NCBI GenBank assembly: GCA_020184695.1 | Contig: JAANOX010000278.1 | Span: 1-64,000 of the forward strand | Direction of reading: 5' to 3' | Source: Histomonas meleagridis 2922-C6/04-290x | Taxonomy: Eukaryota > Protista > Parabasalia | DNA length: 64,000 nucleotides | In this document: piece after piece, positions 46,201-59,457 of the stretch | How positions within the stretch are numbered: the first letter of the stretch is position 1 | How the letters are laid out: every line of letters begins with the position of its first letter | Made by a program: the position numbers and the translations under genes | The notes under the pieces: generated by a model | Databases searched by the model: none | Seen by the model: the letters and a program-made list of their open reading frames with translations, nothing else | What the model was told of the DNA's origin: nothing

Positions 46201-48279
46201 ATGGCAAGTAAAATCAGTGCTTTCTTCATCATTTCCTTGATTATAGCTATTGCAACCTATGCATTTTTGAATAGCAATAGCATCTATATTCCTAAAGAAA
46301 TCCTGACTTTCCAAATTAGAAATAAAAGAATCCATTCCACTAAAACTATTAGTGGCGACTTTAAACCATTTGCAGATGTAGCGATTCCACAAGATGGGGA
46401 ACCACCTTCGCCAACATTTAAATATTATCAATATTTACCAAATAATTCATATAAGTGCATAGATAGGAAACCATTTCGTCATCTTTTTGCCCGTATTTTT
46501 AGAAAGGACATTACAAAGGAAGAACTCTCTAATCCACAAATTCTTTTGGTAGGTCGTAACACAGCTTTAGGTACAGCTATAAGAGAAATATTCGACCAAA
46601 AAGGAATTTCATATTTGGGTTTAAAAGGAATCAATCATTTAGACTTTTCTTCTGAAGATTCGTATAAAATTTTAGATTTAATTAACATAACATCTGTTAT
46701 TATTGCATATCAACCACCACTTATTCGTCATACATATTCTGATGGTTCTCTTTATATGAAACATATGATCAATAATTATACTAAAGGCTTAATATCATAT
46801 TTAAATCAAAAAAATATAAGTTATGTGTTTTGTCCTACACAACCAATATTTAAAGAAACTATTGATATTGTTAAAAGTTATAAAGGAAATATAATCGAAA
46901 TGCCGTTTTTGATTGATTCTAAAGGTTTTAAAGACTTAGAGAATCCAATAATGAGAGCAATTAGAGAATGTAATGAAGTTGGATATAGTAACATTGATTA
47001 TTCGCCGTATACTAAATATCAAAGTATTACATCTAATGAAGCAGCCGAATATATACTTCGATATCTTCATGAGAATCATACTAATGAACATATATTAATA
47101 AAAGGGAATTCGCAATTAAATATCGAAGAATCAGTAAATTTAGCGTTAAAATCATTTGGACTCGATAATTGTAAAGTTAACTTTAGGAAATATTCACATG
47201 ACTTAAGCACAACAATTAATAATGAATATGATAAAATCCAAATCATTGGAAATGAAAATGCAAATATTGAAACAATGATCAAAAATGAATATACAAACAA
47301 TAAAGATATTATAATGGATCAAATAGAGAAACATAAAAATAATACTTATATATCATTCACGTTCGCAGGTCGTAATGATGGATATTCTAAAGATTTCACA
47401 TTTAGAATACAAACATTTCTTGATACTATAAGTTATTGTATCCAAATGGTACCACTTGTCCAAATCGAAATTGTATTAATTGATTATGCAACTCCACGTG
47501 GTAATAAGTTATTACATGAAATATTAAATATAACGCCATATCTTCATAACAAAATCCGATTTGTTATAGTGCCACCAGAAACGCATGAAATGTTAGAGAA
47601 GAAATATAATCGGAAATATGCGTTCTTCGAGGTAATCTCCAAGAATATGGGCATACGAAGATGTAAAGGTAAATTTGTGTTAGCAACAAACTCTGATATC
47701 TTATATTCGACTGAATTATTTGAAGAATTTGCTGCGCACCAATTTAATCCATATATAATATATCGAGCTAATCGATGGAATATGTTGGAAGATACGTTTT
47801 CGAAAAGTTTTAAGTCTGTTGATGAATTAATACATAGTATATCAGATACTTGGCAAATATTAAAATTAGATATGGAGTTTGCGAGTCAAATATATACAAA
47901 TAGATTTGCTATAGTCGATTCGTTTGACGCATTCGCAGCTAAACATGGCCCACGTTCACCTGGAGACTTCCAGTTAATATCAAGGCGTTATTGGGATGCA
48001 TTAAAAGGCTTCAATGAGATCCCTTGTAACCCGGAAGTCGATAGTGTATTCCTAGCAAAGCCTATGAAAATGATACAAGGCTTTATGAGGATGTATACCT
48101 TCCCAGGACTCGTGCACTTGTATCATGAACGAATAAACTTAAGGAGAGTCCCATACTATGGAAGAATTTCCGCTCAGAGAAGCTATTCCTGTATAGGAAG
48201 ATGTCCAACTTGTAGACCGTACTTGGACACTGAGAATTGGGGGTATCCAAATGAAACTTTTCAAGTAGTATTAAAATGA
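46201..48279 (+). CDS. Type II membrane protein with an RmlD/SDR-like domain fused to a GT-A-like glycosyltransferase domain
   Basis: N-terminal TM; ILLVGRNTALG...LDFS; then GRNDGY, KNMGIRRCKGKFVLATNSD and PGDFQL. Confidence 0.6.
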   Translation: MASKISAFFIISLIIAIATYAFLNSNSIYIPKEILTFQIRNKRIHSTKTISGDFKPFADVAIPQDGEPPSPTFKYYQYLPNNSYKCIDRKPFRHLFARIFRKDITKEELSNPQILLVGRNTALGTAIREIFDQKGISYLGLKGINHLDFSSEDSYKILDLINITSVIIAYQPPLIRHTYSDGSLYMKHMINNYTKGLISYLNQKNISYVFCPTQPIFKETIDIVKSYKGNIIEMPFLIDSKGFKDLENPIMRAIRECNEVGYSNIDYSPYTKYQSITSNEAAEYILRYLHENHTNEHILIKGNSQLNIEESVNLALKSFGLDNCKVNFRKYSHDLSTTINNEYDKIQIIGNENANIETMIKNEYTNNKDIIMDQIEKHKNNTYISFTFAGRNDGYSKDFTFRIQTFLDTISYCIQMVPLVQIEIVLIDYATPRGNKLLHEILNITPYLHNKIRFVIVPPETHEMLEKKYNRKYAFFEVISKNMGIRRCKGKFVLATNSDILYSTELFEEFAAHQFNPYIIYRANRWNMLEDTFSKSFKSVDELIHSISDTWQILKLDMEFASQIYTNRFAIVDSFDAFAAKHGPRSPGDFQLISRRYWDALKGFNEIPCNPEVDSVFLAKPMKMIQGFMRMYTFPGLVHLYHERINLRRVPYYGRISAQRSYSCIGRCPTCRPYLDTENWGYPNETFQVVLK

Positions 48280-49689
48280 ATTCAAAAGTCGGGAAGTGTG
48301 GAGAACACTGTTCGTCCTTAGTAAATATATTATAAATTTCATAATTTAGAAATACTTTTGATAATTCAAAAAGTAATTCAATGAAAATACAAAATTTCAC
48401 TCAAAAAGTAGAGAAATGTTTTGAAAAAGTTCACCGGCTAAGTAAACACTTTGTCGATTGATATAAGATTATCAAAAAGTTTTGGGTTTTTGTACGAAAT
48501 GGGGGTTATCGGATATTGAAAAAATATATACACTCTCAATTATGTTCAATATGACTTCATCATTTTTAATGTGTTGAGCAAATGCTACAAACGGTTAAGG
48601 AAGACTGTTGAAAGACATAGCGCATTAGAGTTGTCCCTGTTGTAAAATGCACGTTAAAGTACTATGAAACTTGCAGAACAAAAATTCTTCAAATATATGA
48701 CATAATCGAGAAGCGTACGTCTTCATGATTTCGGAAACAAATCGACCCAGCTAGTGTACTATGCATGTTTGATTAAAATTTCATTTCATTTCGTCAAATA
48801 CATGAACATGATTCACTTAATGATAAGAGTAAACACTATTAATTGCTAAGTAAAAACTCATACTACAGCATAAAATGTTGAAAATAGATCAGATTTTGCG
48901 AAAATTCTCATAAAAATTTCAGATATCGAACTTTTATTTGGATTAATGAATTTGTAGAATGGGAAACAATTACATGATATAGAGATTATCTATTGATAAT
49001 ACAAAATCAATACAATTCACACTATTTCTATTGACAAACGTGGTTCACATTATGTAAATATAAAAAATACAAGTGTTTGAATTGAAGATAATGATTTGCA
49101 ATATATATTTTTCATATAGTGAATTATGACCTCACTGTAAGTTCGAATCACAGATTTAATTTGGATGTCAAATCTTGCAATATTAAAATAAGAAAATGGT
49201 GAATTCATTCATTATTGATTCACTGCAATATTAAATGCAATTTGTCACACTAGTTTATTAATATGATTAAAAATAACATGATTTTAAAATCAGATTCATT
49301 ATGTATTAAATTTTTGCCACTCTCATTTTTTCTTGAAAAAACGATCACTAGGTGATGAATAAAGTTATGAAAATATCGCATTAAATGATATAAAACGAAA
49401 TGAACTTCTGGTGGAAATTACTCGTAACAATCATTTTTTATTATGTCAAAATCACAAAGGATACAAAATACATTCAACATGACAGAGGCAATTCGTGATC
49501 GTCTTGTGAATCTTGCAGCATACCATCGAACTTGTAAACTTTGTTCAGAATCCATCTCTTTCCGGTGTACGCTTTGTTGAAGGTTAGAACAACACCTCAA
49601 AAATTTCGAAATCGGAGCATGCTTGACATTTATGGCTAAAAAAAATCGTTTCAATAATTGCTGTGTTTGTTTTCGAAAAATGCCAGCCA

Positions 49690-50793
<1,104 letters not shown>

Positions 50794-51149
50794 TTTTTAT
50801 TTTTTGAAACATAGCATAAGCAAAAATTACTATAAAGGTAAAAATCAAAAATATGTTAACATGTATTACTATCCAATTCAAAATCAAATTAATAAGTATT
50901 CGTTTATTTATTCATCTGAAAATAATCATTTAAAGGAATGGAGAGAACGTTTATTCTGTTTTACAACTTTACATATTTTTCAATCAGTTTTTGGTCGGAA
51001 CTTTGTTGTATTAAGGACCCCCTCTTAAGGGGTAGCAAACCTAGTCAATCATTTTATCATGGGATCGGCCTCGGCCGCATGACTTAGGCATACAATTCTA
51101 AGATGAGTGATCTCATAGAATATTTTGAATGAACAAAATGGGAAGTTAC

Positions 51150-51704
51150 CATCAATTTTCCCTTTTTATGAATCACTACATTTGGTTTTACCCCAGCAGC
51201 ATCTACTGCTAGAACGATTTTGACATTCTTAAAATCATTGTGAATAAAATATTCGAATAACTTTTAAATACTTTGTAAAGAACCATTAAATAGATCCATA
51301 GATAAACCTATACGACAAAAATTCTTCTTTTGTCCATCTTTTAACTGTTTTGTAACTTGGAAATCCCATTTTTTCGACAAAAAATCCCCACATTGATTTG
51401 CCGATCATTGACATTTATATGTAGTAGCTTTACATTGATTTGTCATATCTTTTCGAAGACAATAACAAAACATGTTGGTTCATAAAACGATAATTTTCCA
51501 ACGATTTAATTACATTATTATTATTGTCCTCTTTGTTATTTGAATTTGATTTTTGCTGAAGTTCATCTTTATAACTTTTTTCAATTGCTCATTTTTCTTT
51601 TGCAGAATCGAAATCTTTGCTTTTAGATTGGCCTCAATTGAATTACAGACTGGTGAATTCCTGTTTTGGAATCCTCTTGTACACGGAGGCGAAAAATTAC
51701 TCAT
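51150..51704 (-). mobile_element. P-element/THAP9-like transposase relic
   Basis: Coiled coil, then KRY...GFPSYKTVKRW, then IVLAVDAAGVKP, with stops and a frameshift. No termini found. Confidence 0.5.
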
Positions 51705-52219
51705 AAATGAAATAACGGGTTAAGATTTTGACGACGAAATTTACCTCAAAATGCAACAAAGTAACGTGTTTTCAACAATCTTTCAAATATAAATACCTCA
51801 AAACGTTATGTGGAAAATCCTTAGATATTATGAATTTTTTATAGATAAATATCATATTATAAAGTATTATTCTAAATTTATAAATAGATTTTCAAGACCA
51901 TTTTTTTTGTCCCATGTTCTGATGTTACAAATTGGCCATATATATAAATTTACAAACTCCGATTTATATAGTTAGCTATAAATGAATTTACAGGGCGCCC
52001 CTTATAACAATTTATGGCAAATTATTGTCAAAATAAGTCAAATCGTTTTGCATCTTGATCGGTTTTGACTGAAAAAATAAACATTTCACTTATGATTTCA
52101 TAATTTTTGCTTGTTGGTACTCACCATCTGATTTCAGAAGTTTTTTAAAAAACAAAAAACACAAAACTAAAAATGATTTACTTTAGAACACACTATATTT
52201 TATTATATATTTATCTTAA

Positions 52220-54097
52220 TCACATTTGCACAATGAATTTGTCTTCTTTGAAGTCATCTGCAAATGGGTCTTCTTCAATATTTGATATAGATATTCCTGT
52301 TGTGAATGTGTTTGTTGTTTGGTTATTATCATTTTGTTGTTCTGAAATTTCATTTTCAACAATTTCTTCTTTTTTATTTTTAATTCGGATCAATAATATA
52401 ATTAGTAATGAAATTATAATAATAACAACAACAATAACACAAACAATTATTATGATAATTGCAATTTTGTTGTCATTTGTTTGAAATTCGTTGTTATAAA
52501 TAAATGTAAAGAAGTTCGAATAATAAATATAATATGTCGAATAAATAATAACTGTGTAATCATAATAAATAAATTCTGTTTCGATGTAAATATACGACGA
52601 ATTAATTGTAAATAGTGAAAGTGATTTCGTTTGCATTTCATAATAAGTAAACGAATGTGTAATAGATAATGTGACCGTTAATAAATATGAAAAAGATTTC
52701 GTTAAATCATTTTGAAATGATTCAGTAAATGTATTCGATTTTGAATATGTATTATTACTACTGAATGAATGCGGCGCTGAAAATGCATTTGAATCAGAAT
52801 ATGTATTACTTCGACTGAATGTGTGTGATGAAGAAAATGAAATTGTTGCAATCGGGCTGCAGTTTCCTTCTGCGTTGTCTTTGTCAACATCGAAATTTCC
52901 AAATTTACTTCCTACATATGTTGGATATGTGATAACACTTGTTGTAACATTATAAAATGCATTATCTCCAATTTCTGGTTCTGTATCTCCATAATAATAA
53001 ATGCATTCAAGATTATAACAATTCCCAAATGCTGATTCTCCAATTTCTCTTATTCCAAACCCAAGTGTTAATATTCTTAAATTAGAACATAATGAAAATG
53101 CTGAACCACCAATTGAAGTGACTGAATTTGGAATTGTAATGCTTTTGATGGATGAACACAATGAAAATGATCCACCACCAATTGTTGTAACATTTCCGCC
53201 AAATATAATCGTTTCTAAATTAGAACATGACGAAAACACAGAACCACCAATATCTGATATAGAATTACCAAAATTAACTGAAATAACTAATGGCCATCCT
53301 GAAAATGAACCACTCGGAATGTAATAAATTCCTTCACTAATGTTTATAAATTTCGTGATGTCTTTATATTGACCAATTTGTTCAAAATCATTTAAATTTG
53401 TTATTATTAATGTTGAGTTATTATCATATAATATTTGAAAGGAATTTATGAAAAATATAACAAAAATTAAAATATTTTTTTGTTTTTTCTTTTCGCATGT
53501 TTTCAATTCGTAATTGGTCAACAAAAATTTCTGAAGAAAAAGTGGTTTTTTCTGAAAAATATTGACATAAACCACTAATAACATTGAAAAAACGGCGGTT
53601 AAACGAGTAAAAGCATTGAATTTAAGTGGTCGGTCTTTTTTATCGTTTTGCATCAATGAAAAACAAAGAAATTTACTCTGGGTCAAAGATAGATTCTCAT
53701 AACATCTTTTCATGGTTTGCATTGATGTATTACCTTCAGTCAGCATACTGGCTATAAAGGATTTATTTTGGGTAATTGTAAAATATGATTCTGATAATTT
53801 TAATTTGTCATTAAATATTTGAAGCACAACTAATGTATTCTCTGTAACAGTCAAGAAATCTGGAAATAAACTGGTTTTAAAAGAAAAATAGGAATCTTTG
53901 TTAAAATATATCGCACTCTGGTGATGAATTTCAACGAATGGATCTTCTGCACTGCGCCCATGCGCAAGTCCTTCTTTGCAAAGGATCTTTTCAGATTTGA
54001 TATTTTTATAGTCCTAGGGCGAATGGGCTTTCGGTATAATACTGTTACTAAATTGCTTTGTAATGGACGAAACGAGCAGCAAATGAAGAATTCTCAT
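52220..54097 (-). pseudogene. BspA-like surface protein (copy 1), type A TM/DPF tail, one in-frame TAG
   Basis: TpLRR repeats, SxSNTF stalk, TM and IEEDPFADDFKE tail. The frame extends upstream of the ORF track to ATG 54097 (MRILHLLLV) with a TAG at 54014-54016. Confidence 0.75.
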
Positions 54098-54233
54098 GAT
54101 TCAAGACCTGATATAGTCGAAGGCCTTAACCAAATACACATCGGCTAATACAAAAGTTAAAAATCATACGGTTAACATATAAGAAATTTGTTGTTGTGAG
54201 GTTTTTCAATTTAACCTGAAATTTTATTTCAAT

Positions 54234-54268
54234 ATTTAAAGGCGCCTACAAAAGGTGGCGCTTTAAAT
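54234..54268. repeat. 12-bp stem hairpin with one bulge
   Basis: ATTTAAAGGCGCC...GGCGCTTTAAAT, about 140 bp upstream of ATG 54097. Confidence 0.5.
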
Positions 54269-54719
54269 GATTATAAAGTCACTTTTAAATAATATAATGA
54301 ATGCACGCGATAAAACTGAGTCTGGTGGTCGTAATGATACATCTTTGTTGGTGGTAAACATGTTATAAGTTATTAAATTTCATTAATTTCAAGAAATATG
54401 AATTTTTAATGACATATTAAACATTTCCTTCAAGATTTATCATATTTTTAAATGAAATATATGAATGTATGTGTGTAAGTACTAAGGTCCATATCTAAAT
54501 ACTTCTAAATTAATTGGAATTATATTTCATTGACTTTGTAAAGTTATTCTCGTTTACTTTTGATGGAATTTCATAAATTTCGAAATATATTTTTGAATAA
54601 CCAAAAATTCGTCTAATTCTTTAATAATGCTTTTAATATAATAATGTGAAGAATGTCAATTAATATTATAGAAAACAAAGAGAAGAAAAAATACTTCAGC
54701 TCATAAAAAGTATTAAATT

Positions 54720-55650
54720 TTGTGACTGTGTGTGGTTGTGTAAATGAATTAGAAATTGAAAATGTATTCGATTTTGTAAATGAATGTGTTGAAATTGGTG
54801 AACACGCACCACAGCATATTCATTATTCACTGGAAATGTCCAAATATTGTTGAATATGTAATAACTGATGACAATATACGGTTCTGAATTGCCAAAATAA
54901 TAAAAGGTTACGTCATTCGGTGTCGCTGGCTTCTTTTAGTTATGTTCCAAGTGTTAATATCGTTAAATTATAACAATTAGAAAACGCTGAATCTCAATGT
55001 TTTGAACAGAATTCGGAAGTGTAGCATTTATTAGTGATGGACAAAATGAAAATGCTGAATTACGAATTGTTGTAACATTTCCTCCAAAATATGAGCATGA
55101 TAAAAATACTGAATTTCCGATATGATTTACAGTGTTACAAAAATGAATATATGTAACTGATTTTGCAAATGAATTCATATGAATTACCTATTAAAAGTGT
55201 AAAATTACAATCATCGAAAAATATTTGAAAAGAATTCATGAAAAATAGAGCAACAGCAAAAGCATTTTTGGCTTTGTTTCCTTTGATTTTCAACCTAAGC
55301 CCTGAACTAAAAATCGATCCGAAGAAACTATTTGATATAAACCGCTGTTAGATAATTGTAAACAATTGAATTTGGAAGATTCAAAATATTTTGCACCAAT
55401 GAAGAAAATAAAAACTCCCAATGTAATTATAATATTTATCCAAGGTTTGTAGAGGAAGGTTACGTTCATCAAATGTAATGATTTTAAATGATTTTTTTGA
55501 GAAATTGTGAGATCTGATTCTAAAAAGTTTTTTTTTCAATACTAAAACACGCTTCGCCGGAATCGTACATATTTTGTCGGAGATGGGTTTTACATTTAAA
55601 TTGTAATTAGTGACATCTGTAGAAATAATGCATAAAATTAATAAAAATTA
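54720..55650 (-). pseudogene. BspA-like pseudogene (copy 3)
   Basis: FFMNSFQIFFD, GGNVTTIRNSAFS and ACSPISTHSFTKSNTFS fragments in broken frames. Confidence 0.7.
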
Positions 55651-56604
55651 TTGTTAATTATTTCAAAAATTGGAACCTTATCATTGCGTAGATGGTAAAT
55701 GCCTCTTTATTTCTGTCCTTTATATATAAAAATTTTGTGTATTTGAAAAATGAATCTCGAAGCTTCATTTGAGTTCTGAATAATTTCAAGATGTACAAAA
55801 TGAGCAGGAATTGAGTAGCTTTCATGTTTCAATTTGAAATATAGCTGAAGACCTTAGTCACATTGGTTAATACAAAACTTGAAAATCTCACATTTAAATG
55901 ATAAAAAGTTTGTTACTTTCTTGAAATTTTTCTATTTGCCTATAAATCTTTCGCTTAATGTTTGAAAACAACAATGATAACAAGGGAACAACAAGGTGAT
56001 AACCGCACTTTTATATAATATTATGAATATACTTTGTGTTCGCATGCAAACATTGCAATGAAGAAACTTTTTTGTTTATGAATTTATTTAGAAACTGGAT
56101 GAGTTTTGCGCGTTGTTCTATATCGCTTCGAAATATAATTCTTCATCTTGATTATATCAAATAAATGAGGAATCTACTTGCTTGTATATTAAACTCAAAA
56201 ATGTAAACATTTATGCAAAAAGAAAACATTAAATATTTGTGCAAAATTAATCATATGTGTTTCAAGTTGAAATTTCAACAAGCATCTAAAAATATTATCA
56301 GCAAATCATAATATTAATATTTATAATTATTGTTATATTTAAAAAATTGATAATTAAATAATAACCAATGATACAAAAAGAGTACCAAAATTTGAATTTC
56401 TATTACAAACTATAAATCATTTAGTCAATGAAAAGTGTCTGCTTTAATATAATCACATTTTTTACCTCAAAACAATATTATTATATATAAACAAATTGTT
56501 AATCGATTAACATTTCAAATATTATCATTTCTCATTACGAATCATTTCATAGTTTTTAAATATATTAATTATCAAATAAAAAATATATTTTATTTTACAT
56601 CAAA

Positions 56605-58287
56605 TTATAGCCAATTGTCTTCATCTTCTTGAACAATATCTTCAACTAAAGTATTCACTTCCTCCATTTGTTTTGTACTTGATGTAGTTGTATCCTTAAA
56701 TTGTAATTTCGATGTCGATTTTACTTTTTTGTTATTACTTTTTATTAAGAATATAACAATTCCAACAATTATTAACACAAATGCAATTGATCCGCAAACA
56801 ATTCCAATCAATTCATTAGTTGTAAGTCCATTTGTTTGTAAAATGTTCGTGTGAAACATTGTAATGAAATTTGAATAATAATTATAATATGTCGAATACA
56901 TAATAACTGTGTAATCATAATAAATAAATTCTGTTTCAACATAAGAAAATGTTGAATTAATTATGGATAATGAAAGTGATCTTGTTTGCGTTTCAGAATA
57001 AGTAAATGAATTTGTAATTGTCAATGTATATGTTAATGTATATGAAAATGAAAATGTTAAATCACTTTGATATGATCCAGTGAATGTATCACTTCGACTG
57101 AATGTATGTGATGAAGAAAATGAAATTGTTGCAATCGGGCTGCAGTTTCCTTCTGCGTTGTCTTTGTCAACATCGAAATTTCCAAATTTACTTCCTACAT
57201 ATGTTGGATATGTGATAACACTTGTTGTAACATTATAAAATGCATTATCTCCAATTTCTGGTTCTGAATATCCATAATAATAAATGCATTCAAGATTATA
57301 ACAATTCCCAAATGCTGATTCTCCAATTTCTCTTATTCCAAACCCAAGTGTTAATATTCTTAAATTAGAACATAATGAAAATGCTCCACCACCAATTGAA
57401 GTGACTGAATTTGGAATTGTAATGCTTTTGATGGATGAACACAATGAAAATGATCCACCACCAATTGTTGTAACATTTCCGCCAAATATAATCGTTTCTA
57501 AATTAGAACATGACGAAAACACAGAACCACCAATATCTGATATAGAATTACCAAAATTAACTGAAATAACTAATGGCCATCCTGAAAATGAACCACTCGG
57601 AATGTAATAAATTCCTTCACTAATGTTTATAAATTTCGTGATGTCTTTATATTGACCAATTTGTTCAAAATCATTTAAATTTGTTATTATTAATGTTGAG
57701 TTATTATCATATAATATTTGAAAGGAATTTATGAAAAATATAACAAAAATTAAAATATTTTTTTGTTTTTTCTTTTCGCATGTTTTCAGTTTGTTCATTA
57801 AAAGTTTAATTTCAAAAAATAATAAAAATCCCAAAATAAAAATGTTATACATCAGAACTTGAATAACTTTAATGAATTTGAACATTTTCTTTATGAAAAT
57901 ATTATTCATTGAAAATGCTAAGTGTTCTTTTAATGTAAAATGATTAAGTACTAAAGAAAAGAATTTGAAATAATGTTTAACATATGAAATTGGTAATTCT
58001 AATAAAGGGAAATGCCAATGATATTTTTCTGCACTGATGTTAAATGTATAGGTTTCATTATCTTTTAGAATAATAAAATTTGTTACTTTAATGGATACAT
58101 TCGCTTTTTCATGGGATGAGGATGTAAAGTATATGTCCTCTTTGGATTTCGAAGTAAGGCAAGTGTAATGTTTGAAAGTTTGAGAAATAGATAATTGATC
58201 ATCAAAAATCTTTAAACCTGAATTTTGTGGAGAGATTTGTAACGAGCAAAAGAAATGCATGGGGAAAGCCAAGAAGAAATAACACAT
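56605..58287 (-). CDS. BspA-like surface protein (copy 2), type B TM/EDxDxW tail
   Basis: Intact 560-aa ORF with LRR, stalk, TM LIGIVCGSIAFVLII and tail EDEDNWL. Confidence 0.8.
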   Translation of the reverse strand: MCYFFLAFPMHFFCSLQISPQNSGLKIFDDQLSISQTFKHYTCLTSKSKEDIYFTSSSHEKANVSIKVTNFIILKDNETYTFNISAEKYHWHFPLLELPISYVKHYFKFFSLVLNHFTLKEHLAFSMNNIFIKKMFKFIKVIQVLMYNIFILGFLLFFEIKLLMNKLKTCEKKKQKNILIFVIFFINSFQILYDNNSTLIITNLNDFEQIGQYKDITKFINISEGIYYIPSGSFSGWPLVISVNFGNSISDIGGSVFSSCSNLETIIFGGNVTTIGGGSFSLCSSIKSITIPNSVTSIGGGAFSLCSNLRILTLGFGIREIGESAFGNCYNLECIYYYGYSEPEIGDNAFYNVTTSVITYPTYVGSKFGNFDVDKDNAEGNCSPIATISFSSSHTFSRSDTFTGSYQSDLTFSFSYTLTYTLTITNSFTYSETQTRSLSLSIINSTFSYVETEFIYYDYTVIMYSTYYNYYSNFITMFHTNILQTNGLTTNELIGIVCGSIAFVLIIVGIVIFLIKSNNKKVKSTSKLQFKDTTTSSTKQMEEVNTLVEDIVQEDEDNWL

Positions 58288-59457
58288 TCGTAAGAAAACT
58301 TGAGAAACTTATTGATAAATCAGTCAAAAAAACGATACAGAGAGCTTCAACCGCTTCGCTTTTTTAGTTATTTCATTGGTTAAACTTTTGCTGATGCATG
58401 TTTTATAGTTTTTGCGATCGGAAGATGTTCACAAAGCTGAAACTCAATATTTTCTTATAAAAAGTGACAGAAGGTTCCATAATTAAATTGTATGAAAATA
58501 CTGTTAAAAAAAGAAGACATCGTCCGCAACCAAGAAAACACGATGAATAAAAACATACAAAAAGTTTATTTCAATACAATTAACAGATCACAGTGAATTT
58601 TGAATGCAGCATTTCTCCAAACAACGGTTTGATTTTAAACCTGTTGAAAAATCGATCTTAACCAATATTGATCGTTCGAAACCATAGCACTTTTGAAAAA
58701 GTGTAAAATGATTTCAAAAAATTTGGCATTTCTTATTTCCTTTGAATTATTCGTCAATGATTCGCCTCAGGCGAGAAATTGAGAGAAACCATCAAAAAAC
58801 ATGATTGTACAGTTATTGAATAATTGGACTTCGAACTGAAATTTTTTCTGTAAAGTAAAGAAAATTGGGTTTTATTCACCAAAAAAACCAAATAAGAAAT
58901 TTCAGTTTAAACTCACACGCTACGGTCAACTTCCTAAAATTCCAATGCCCCTTGAAAATCCAGAAGAAAATTGTGTCAGCACAAGAATATGCACAGAAAA
59001 CAAAAAAACATTAAATATTTTGTGTTATGTAGCAGTTGCAACCATTTTGATAATACCCTTTAGGGATAAATTTCATTTTGAATTAGTTCGTTCTTAACAC
59101 AGCAAATTTACATTGTGTTTTTTTATATAAAAATATATTAAACATATTAAACATTGAAGAACAAATAATTTTATTTTGAAATAGAATTGTAACCTTGTTA
59201 TTATTTTGGCATTTTTACGAAGTCACTCGAAATCTTCAACTGTAGGTAACTATCATATTCAAAATTACTTACATTTTTTACTCAGACATTGATATAAAAT
59301 GAAATTTAAAATCATGATTCCATGGAACATTAATTATGTAATTGTGTTCGAACAAATGCTGTTCTAAACTTCTTATAGATGGATAAAGTTTTAGAACAAC
59401 GAATAATTTTGAAAATTTAATATTAGGAATAAACGCTATCTATACTTTATTCAAACA

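Noticed and set aside
51058-51916. 7-bp inverted match CATGGGA as possible P-element termini
   Set aside because: Too short, and the flanks show no TSD.
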